Shown: positions 57,907 through 64,000 of the stretch, in pieces
Layout: every line of letters begins with the position of its first letter
Numbering within the stretch: position 1 is the first letter of the stretch
Source of the DNA: Bacillales bacterium
GTDB lineage: Bacteria > Bacillota > Bacilli > Bacillales_A > Planococcaceae
Length of the DNA: 64,000 nt
Direction: 5' to 3'
NCBI GenBank assembly: GCA_038243515.1
Contig: JBBSRA010000007.1
Location: forward strand, 22,373 to 86,372
Position numbers and translations under genes: made by a program
Notes under the pieces: model-generated
The model's input: only the letters and a program-made list of their open reading frames with translations
Database searches by the model: none
What the model was told of the DNA's origin: nothing

Positions 57907-59073
57907 ATGTTGCCATTGGAAGGAATAACCGTTGTTTCTTTAGAACAAGCTGTTGCAGCACCATTTGCAACTAGACAATTAGCCGATTTGGGAGCGCGGG
58001 TCATCAAAGTAGAAAGACCAGGAGTAGGAGACTTCGCCAGAAACTACGATAAAACAGTAAAGGGAATGGCAAGTCATTTTGTATGGATCAATCGTTCGAA
58101 AGAGTCGCTAGCACTAGATCTCAAGAAAGAAGAAGCCAAAGAAGTGTTGCATAAACTGTTAAAAGACGCGGATGTATTTCTTCATAACCTAGCTCCTGGT
58201 GCCGTCGATCGACTTGGATTTAGCGCGCAAGAACTAAAAAAAAACTACCCGCAATTAATTATTTGTTCTATTTCTGGTTACGGTACTTTCGGACCTTATA
58301 CAAATAAAAAAGCGTATGATTTACTCATACAATGTGAAGCAGGGTTGGTGTCAGTTACAGGAACGGAAGACACACCATCTAAAGCAGGAATTTCAATTGC
58401 AGACATTGCAGCAGGGATGTATGCATACACTGGCATATTAACTGCGATTATTTCACGCTATAAAACAGGGAAAGGCGCGATTATTGAAGTATCAATGCTT
58501 GAGGCCTTGGCAGAATGGATGGGTTATCCTCTTTATTACTCAGCTTACGGAGACAATGAACCGCCACGGACAGGTGCCAGCCATTCGACGATTTATCCTT
58601 ATGGTCCGTTTAAAGCGGGTGATGAGAAAATGGTATTCATGGGAATTCAAAACGAGCGAGAATGGGTTGAATTTTGTGGAACTGTTTTGAATAATCCTGA
58701 ATTGGCTTCGGATTCACTGTTCAATAGCAACTCCGAGCGAGTTGCTAATAAAGAAGCATTAAAAGAAATTATTGAAACTGTTTTTCAGACAATGAACTCT
58801 ACTCAAGTAATTGAAAAACTTGAAGAATCGCGAATTGCGAATGCACGTTTAAACACGATGAACGAATTAGTCGAACACCCGCAATTGGCAGCACGCAATC
58901 GTTGGAGAGAAGTGGATTCGCCGGTTGGAAAACTAAAGGCGCTCATTCCACCTGTTACGTCGGATGAAGTGGATACGGTTATGAATCCGATTCCAGCTGT
59001 CGGAGAACATACAGATGCTATTTTAGTAGAGTTAGGTTTTTCGAAAGAACAGATAAGCAAATTGACTACTTAA
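57907..59073 (+). CDS. Family III (CaiB/BaiF) CoA transferase
   Basis: LEQAVAAPFATRQLADLGARVIKVERPGVGDFAR, NRSKES, SISGYG, AYDLLIQ and SIADIAAG motifs; Ict/SUGCT-like. Confidence 0.92.
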   Translation: MLPLEGITVVSLEQAVAAPFATRQLADLGARVIKVERPGVGDFARNYDKTVKGMASHFVWINRSKESLALDLKKEEAKEVLHKLLKDADVFLHNLAPGAVDRLGFSAQELKKNYPQLIICSISGYGTFGPYTNKKAYDLLIQCEAGLVSVTGTEDTPSKAGISIADIAAGMYAYTGILTAIISRYKTGKGAIIEVSMLEALAEWMGYPLYYSAYGDNEPPRTGASHSTIYPYGPFKAGDEKMVFMGIQNEREWVEFCGTVLNNPELASDSLFNSNSERVANKEALKEIIETVFQTMNSTQVIEKLEESRIANARLNTMNELVEHPQLAARNRWREVDSPVGKLKALIPPVTSDEVDTVMNPIPAVGEHTDAILVELGFSKEQISKLTT

Positions 59074-59102
59074 AAAATTGTATTTGAAGGGGGAAATTTA
59101 TA

Positions 59103-60278
59103 ATGCCGACATTAACACAAACAGAAAGAGAGCAATTACGTCAAAAAGTCCGAGAACTATGTTCAGAATTCCCGAATTCGTATTGGAGAAAATTAGATTT
59201 AGAACGTGAGTATCCTTACGAGTTTGTAGATGCGCTAACAAAAAGTGGATATCTTTCAGCATTAATTCCTGAGAAATATGGCGGTAAAGGCTATGGTATG
59301 ACAGAAGCTACGATTATTTTAGAAGAAATTAATCGTTCTGGTGGCCACGCTGCAGGTTGTCATGCTCAAATGTATACGATGGGTGCATTATTAAAACACG
59401 GTAGTGAAGAACAAAAACAGCAGTATTTGCCTGGTATTGCAAATGGATCAATAAGGTTTCAGGCCTTTTCTGTAACAGAAGACAAAGCAGGCTCTAATAC
59501 TACTGCTATCGAAACGTTTGCTGAAAAAACAGCAAACGGTTATGTCGTTAATGGTCATAAAAATTGGACTAGTCGTTTACTGCAATCAGATTTAGTCATG
59601 TTACTTGCCCGTACAACACCAATTGAAAATGTAGGAGAAAAGCGCGCTGAAGGGCTTAGTTTATTTTTAGTTGATCTTCGAATCATTCGCGAACAACAAC
59701 CTGAATCTCTAGAAGTGGAACCGGTTCGTGCCATGTTCAACTATGCAACAAACCAAGTATGGTATAAAAACATGGAAATTCCAGCAGAATGTTTGATTGG
59801 TGAAGAAGGTAAAGGGTTTCGATATGTACTAGACGGCATGAATGCAGAACGGACCTTATTGGCGGCAGAAGCGATAGGAGATGGATACTTTTTTATCGAT
59901 AAAGCGACTAGTTACGCGAATGAACGAGAAGTCTTTAACCGGAAAATTGGTGAAAACCAAGGCATTCAATTTCCGATTGCACGAGCTTACGCAGCAATTA
60001 AAGCTGCCGACTTAATGCGTTATGAAGCAGCAAGAAGATTTGATAATAATGAAAAATTCGGCGAACAAGCCAATTTGGCAAAATTCTTGTCCAGTGAAGC
60101 GAGTTGGCAAGCAGCGAACGTCTGCCTAGATACATTCGGTGGTTATGGATTTGTCGACGAGTATGACGTAGAGCGGAAATTTAGAGAAACGCGAATGTAT
60201 CAAGTGGCACCAGTCAGCAATAATATGATTTTAGCTTATTTAGGACAAAATGTATTAAAGATGCCGCGCTCTTACTAA
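59103..60278 (+). CDS. Acyl-CoA dehydrogenase
   Basis: IPEKYGG, CHAQMY, SVTE, NGHKNWTS, LDGMNAER, NQGIQFP and FGGYGF...ERKFRE motifs. Confidence 0.93.
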   Translation: MPTLTQTEREQLRQKVRELCSEFPNSYWRKLDLEREYPYEFVDALTKSGYLSALIPEKYGGKGYGMTEATIILEEINRSGGHAAGCHAQMYTMGALLKHGSEEQKQQYLPGIANGSIRFQAFSVTEDKAGSNTTAIETFAEKTANGYVVNGHKNWTSRLLQSDLVMLLARTTPIENVGEKRAEGLSLFLVDLRIIREQQPESLEVEPVRAMFNYATNQVWYKNMEIPAECLIGEEGKGFRYVLDGMNAERTLLAAEAIGDGYFFIDKATSYANEREVFNRKIGENQGIQFPIARAYAAIKAADLMRYEAARRFDNNEKFGEQANLAKFLSSEASWQAANVCLDTFGGYGFVDEYDVERKFRETRMYQVAPVSNNMILAYLGQNVLKMPRSY

Positions 60279-60534
60279 ATTGCTATAAGAAAAAAACTGT
60301 CTCATAAGTTTCATGAAATAAAACTAGTGGAGAAAAATCAAGCATCGTTCTCTCTATTGGAACGGGCTGATTCAAATAGAAATAGAGACGGTGAAGTGCT
60401 AAGATCTGCTCTTCTAATCTATTGATGTATTTCATCGAATTATATAAGTGTCTTTAGCTTTTTTAGTGCCTAGAGTCATCTAGGTTTGTGAAGAATGGAA
60501 ACGGTCTCAAAGAAAACTAACTATTTAATATATA

Positions 60535-60563
60535 TTGACAATGGATTTTAGCCTGTATATGAT
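60535..60563 (+). promoter_or_regulatory. Sigma-A promoter of the serine operon
   Basis: TTGACA-N17-TATGAT. Confidence 0.85.
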
Positions 60564-60587
60564 GGAGTCAATTCAAAATACAGATTA

Positions 60588-60841
60588 ACTATGTTGATGG
60601 AGATAAGCTTTGTGCGAAGAAATCTCAAGAGAACTGATGGTTGGTGAGAATCAGTGGTTTCAGCATTTGGTAGCACTCCTGAATAGGTGGATTGAACAAC
60701 TCAGTAGATCCATTCGCTTCGTGCTCGTTACGCATGTAAACCAATGAGACTGGCGGTTTTTGACAGTGAATTAGGGTGGTACCGCGAACAAAAGACTTTT
60801 CGCCCCTTGCATCTTTATGTGAGGGGAGAAGAGTCTTTTTG
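60588..60841 (+). ncRNA. T-box leader, serine-specific
   Basis: Stem I with AGAGA and GGTG motifs, specifier AGC (60672-74) followed by ACTCC-TGAA, T-box AATTAGGGTGGTACCGCG (60769-86), and a terminator at 60790-60841. Confidence 0.95.
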
Positions 60842-60902
60842 TGTAATTATAAATAATCACTGCCCGTAAAAGCGGGATAATCGAGAAGGGAATGACATCA
60901 TT

Positions 60903-62066
60903 ATGCTGAGAGACCAACAAATTTTGCGAATCCCAGGACCTACACCAATTCCACCAAGTGTACAACGCGCGATGGCACAGCCGATGATCGGTCACCGTGG
61001 GCAAAGCACATCTGACATAATCAGTGACATCCGTCCAAAATTGAAACGTGTTTTCGGAACGCAACAAGAAGTCATCATTTTAACAGGCAGTGGAACAGCA
61101 GGTCTAGAAACAGCTGTAGTCAATACGATTGCTCCTGGTGAAGAAGTGCTGGTTCTTGTAACTGGCGCATTCGGAGAGCGGTTTGAGAAAATTTGTAAAG
61201 CATATGGCATTCAAACTCACGTTTTCGAAGTTGAATGGGGATTAGCAGTTGATCCTGAAGCAGTGAAAAATTTTCTTTTGGAACATCCCGAAATTAGGGT
61301 TGTCTTTTCAACATTTTGCGAGACGTCCACGGGTGTCTTGAACCCAATTAAGGAAATGGCTGCTGCTGTAAAAGAAGTATCAGAAGCGCTTGTTATTGTA
61401 GATGGCGTTTCTTGTGTAGCAGGGACAGAAACTGAAATGGACAAATGGGGAATTGACGTTGTGGTTACGGGTTCACAAAAAGCTTTTATGCTTCCAGCAG
61501 GACTGTCATTTATCGCTGCAAGTGAGCGTGCATGGAAGAAAATCGAAGCCAATCCTCAGCCTAGATTTTACTTGGATCTTAAAAAGCACCGCGATAATCT
61601 ATTAAAAGATACAACGCCTTTTACTCCGGCTTTATCGATTTTGTTCGGCTTACAGCAAGTGCTCGAATTGTTAGAAGAAGAAGGGCTGGACAAAGTATAT
61701 GCAAGACATCGTCTAATGAAAGATATGACGCGTGCAGCATTTGGAGCGTTAGGCATACCCTTATTGACTTCTGACAAAGATGCATCACCAACCGTCACAG
61801 CTGTAAAACCCAATGATTTAGATGCTGAAGAATTCCGTAAAGTCATGAAAGAAGAATTTGCTATAGAAGTAGCAGGCGGCCAAGGACATTTAGCGAAAAA
61901 GATTTTCCGTATTGGTCACATGGGGCATTGTTCTCCGGCAGACATGCTGCAGACAATCGCAGCAATGGAAATTGGCTTAATAAAAGTGGGTAAAAAAATC
62001 GAATTAGGTAAAGGCATTGCTGCTGCACAGCACGTTTATTTGACAGAAGGAGAGAAAACCAAATGA
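60903..62066 (+). CDS. Class V aminotransferase (serine-pyruvate/AGAT-like), probable phosphoserine aminotransferase substitute
   Basis: IPGPTP, GHR, SGTAGLE, ETSTG, VDGVS, GSQKA (PLP Lys), TPFTP and FRIGHMG motifs. Confidence 0.88.
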   Translation: MLRDQQILRIPGPTPIPPSVQRAMAQPMIGHRGQSTSDIISDIRPKLKRVFGTQQEVIILTGSGTAGLETAVVNTIAPGEEVLVLVTGAFGERFEKICKAYGIQTHVFEVEWGLAVDPEAVKNFLLEHPEIRVVFSTFCETSTGVLNPIKEMAAAVKEVSEALVIVDGVSCVAGTETEMDKWGIDVVVTGSQKAFMLPAGLSFIAASERAWKKIEANPQPRFYLDLKKHRDNLLKDTTPFTPALSILFGLQQVLELLEEEGLDKVYARHRLMKDMTRAAFGALGIPLLTSDKDASPTVTAVKPNDLDAEEFRKVMKEEFAIEVAGGQGHLAKKIFRIGHMGHCSPADMLQTIAAMEIGLIKVGKKIELGKGIAAAQHVYLTEGEKTK

Positions 62067-63649
62067 CTTTTCATATACTCATCAGTGATCCACTCAGCGA
62101 AGAAGGAATTTATCCACTACGTCAGGCAAACGGTGTAAACATTGTTATGGAAACTAATTTAACGCCAGAACAATTAGAAGATCGTATCGACGGATTCGAC
62201 GCTTTACTTGTTAGAAGTCAAACGCAGGTGACACGCGAATTAATTGAGAAAGCGTCTAACTTAAAAATTATTGGGCGTGCAGGAGTTGGCGTTGATAATA
62301 TTGATTTGGAAGCAGCGACGGAATATGGCATTATCGTAGTCAATGCACCAGATGGCAATACCAATTCAGCGGCTGAACACACAATGGCTATGATCATGTC
62401 GATGGCACGTAAAATCCCTCAAGCTTTCTATGCTTTGCGAAATCAGCAATGGGACCGAAAATCTTATGTGGGTGTTGAATTGAAAAATAAAACGCTTGGT
62501 GTTGTTGGATTTGGACGAATTGGTCAAGAAGTAGCAGCACGCGCAAAAGGACAGCGAATGAACGTCATTGCGTATGACCCTTTCTTAACGGCCGAAAGAG
62601 CAGAAAAGCTAGGAGTCGATTTTGGTTCTGTAGAAGACGTGTTAAAAGCGGCCGATTTTGTGACAGTTCATACGCCTCTATTAAAAGAGACGAAGCATTT
62701 AATCAGTAAAGAAGCATTTGAAATCATGAAAGATGGCGTTCAAATTGTCAATTGTGCACGTGGCGGGATTATCGATGAAGACGCGTTGTACGATGCTGTG
62801 AAATCAGGAAAAGTTGCCGGAGCAGCACTTGATGTTTTTGAACAAGAGCCGATGGTTGATTTTCGGTTATTGGATTTACCTGAAATCATCGCAACGCCTC
62901 ATTTAGCTGCGAGTACGTTTGAAGCACAAGAAAGCGTAGCAGTAGATGTTAGCATGGACGTAGTCAGCTATTTCGAGACTGGAACTGTCCGTAATTCAGT
63001 GAATCTTCCGTCTGTGCCAAAAGAAATCATGAAGAAAATTGAGCCTTATTTTGATTTATCAGAGCGTCTAGGTACTTTTTTAACCGATTTGACAGATGCC
63101 ACTGCAGAAGAAGTTATCGTGAGTTACGCTGGAGAGTTAGCTAACATGGACGTAAGACCTTTAACGCGCAATATGTTAAAAGGCATGCTGAAGCGTCATC
63201 TTGGAAAACAAGTTAATAATGTAAATGCTTTATATCTAGCAAATCAAAAAGGCATTGTCGTTACTGAACAAAAGACTACAGAATCGAAAGGGTTTACGAC
63301 CTTAATCACTGTAGAAGTAAAAACGGCAAATGGTATTAGAAAAGCAGCTGGTACTTTATTAAATGGACAAGGAGCACGTATTGTTAAAGTAGATGATTAT
63401 GTAGTAGATGTTGTGCCAGAGGGTCATCTTTTGTATGTTCGTCACAATGACCGTCCAGGCGTCATCGGGCGTGTCGGAACTTTGCTTGGGCAGGAAAACG
63501 TCAATATTGCAACGATGCAAGTGGGGCGCTCTATTGTCGGTGGAGATGCAATTATGATGTTGTCTATTGATAAACCTGCAGAAGCAAGTAGTTTAGAGCA
63601 GTTAGTGAGTTTAGAGGAAATCCAAGGAGTCACACCTATTAACTTATAA
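62063..63649 (+). CDS. serA: D-3-phosphoglycerate dehydrogenase (type I, ASB+ACT)
   Basis: [36 protein letters not shown] and ACT domain HNDRPG. Confidence 0.96.
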   Translation: MTFHILISDPLSEEGIYPLRQANGVNIVMETNLTPEQLEDRIDGFDALLVRSQTQVTRELIEKASNLKIIGRAGVGVDNIDLEAATEYGIIVVNAPDGNTNSAAEHTMAMIMSMARKIPQAFYALRNQQWDRKSYVGVELKNKTLGVVGFGRIGQEVAARAKGQRMNVIAYDPFLTAERAEKLGVDFGSVEDVLKAADFVTVHTPLLKETKHLISKEAFEIMKDGVQIVNCARGGIIDEDALYDAVKSGKVAGAALDVFEQEPMVDFRLLDLPEIIATPHLAASTFEAQESVAVDVSMDVVSYFETGTVRNSVNLPSVPKEIMKKIEPYFDLSERLGTFLTDLTDATAEEVIVSYAGELANMDVRPLTRNMLKGMLKRHLGKQVNNVNALYLANQKGIVVTEQKTTESKGFTTLITVEVKTANGIRKAAGTLLNGQGARIVKVDDYVVDVVPEGHLLYVRHNDRPGVIGRVGTLLGQENVNIATMQVGRSIVGGDAIMMLSIDKPAEASSLEQLVSLEEIQGVTPINL

Positions 63650-63656
63650 CAAATAG

Positions 63657-63708
63657 AAGGGTTGCCACTAAAAAGTCATAAAAGATGACTTTTAGTGGCA
63701 ACCCTTTT
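63657..63708. terminator. Bidirectional terminator
   Basis: AAGGGTTGCCACTAAAAAGTCAT-aaaag-ATGACTTTTAGTGGCAACCCTTTT. Confidence 0.9.
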
Positions 63709-63713
63709 GTCGA

Positions 63714-63998
63714 TTACAGTTGTTCTAATAGTTGAAGCAATTCTTCTAAATGTTGGATTTCGTATGTTGGGACGATGGTTTCATGTGGGACGTGGTGTTC
63801 ACGATTGATCCAAACAGAACGAATGCCTGCTTTGTTCGCACCTAAAATATCCGTCATTAAATTATCTCCAACCATTAGTACCTCATTAGCTGTAAAGTCA
63901 AATTTTGATAAAGCATAACAAAAAATATCTGGGTCCGGCTTACCTTTTCCAAAAGCACCAGATACAATAATATGATCGAAAAAAGGAGCGATTTCAGG
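63714..63998 (-). CDS. ysaA: HAD hydrolase YsaA-like (phosphoserine phosphatase candidate); C-terminal part only
   Basis: Not in the ORF track (no start in window). Translates as PEIAPFFDHIIVSGAFGKGKPDPDIF...MVGDNLMTDILGANKAGIRSVWINR...*. Confidence 0.85.
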   Translation of the reverse strand, partial: PEIAPFFDHIIVSGAFGKGKPDPDIFCYALSKFDFTANEVLMVGDNLMTDILGANKAGIRSVWINREHHVPHETIVPTYEIQHLEELLQLLEQL

Positions 63999-64000
63999 TG

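Noticed and set aside
41740-60278. Calling the dicarboxylate island a mobile element
   Set aside because: No integrase, transposase, tRNA anchor or clear flanking direct repeat is visible. Some spacers are AT-rich, but I could not compute GC or codon statistics. Horizontal origin remains untested.
60283-60435. 50-aa minus-strand ORF (MKYINRLEEQ...) at the island's right border
   Set aside because: No SD and no recognisable similarity; below the level expected by chance.
60676-60679. UCC as the T-box specifier codon
   Set aside because: By alignment with the tyrS-type layout (codon-ACUC-UGAA), CUCC pairs with the 5' GGAG of stem I, so the specifier is AGC. Both encode Ser, so the conclusion is unchanged.
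168-63633. Dozens of 60-175 aa ORFs in the track that overlap longer genes on the opposite strand or in another frame (e.g. 168-440, 2319-2567, 7126-7443, 24506-24817, 33781-34305, 41771-42220, 51688-52182, 61217-61552)
   Set aside because: They are shadows of well-supported genes, with no SD and no recognisable motifs. Hydrophobic or Ser-rich composition is expected from antisense reading.
1-64000. CRISPR arrays, rRNA/tRNA genes, IS elements, toxin-antitoxin or restriction systems
   Set aside because: No regularly spaced repeats, RNA-gene signatures, transposase motifs or nuclease/methylase genes were seen on reading.

Overview
A chromosomal segment from a low-GC Firmicute. Gene content and protein style suggest Planococcaceae (Planococcus-like); this is an inference. 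It holds about 67 intact CDS (two cut by the window edges), one clear pseudogene and one probable gene relic, an FMN riboswitch, a Ser T-box, many intrinsic terminators, and several recognisable sigma-B, ECF and sigma-A promoters. I found no rRNA, tRNA, CRISPR array, integrase or transposase. Left to right: persulfide-handling yrkH/I/J-like genes, topB, patB, pcm/msrA, a yxlEFG-like ABC module, a reduced riboflavin operon (ribE-ribB-ribH, with no ribD or ribA), an LTA synthase, yclJK-prsA-htrA, general-stress genes around a LOV-STAS photoreceptor, csbB-gtrA-yfhO, a ter/yce operon with an embedded four-enzyme module, an ~18.5 kb dicarboxylate-catabolic island (41.7-60.3 kb), and a T-box-controlled serine operon. 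The best candidates for an undescribed system are three. (1) The dicarboxylate island resembles the Pseudomonas itaconate/methylsuccinate locus but lacks the MaoC-type hydratase and carries a crotonase, two acyl-CoA lyase families and its own GntR operator motif. (2) The ter-embedded enzyme module. (3) The rib operon that keeps only the late steps. All functional calls come from motif recognition; no database searches were run.
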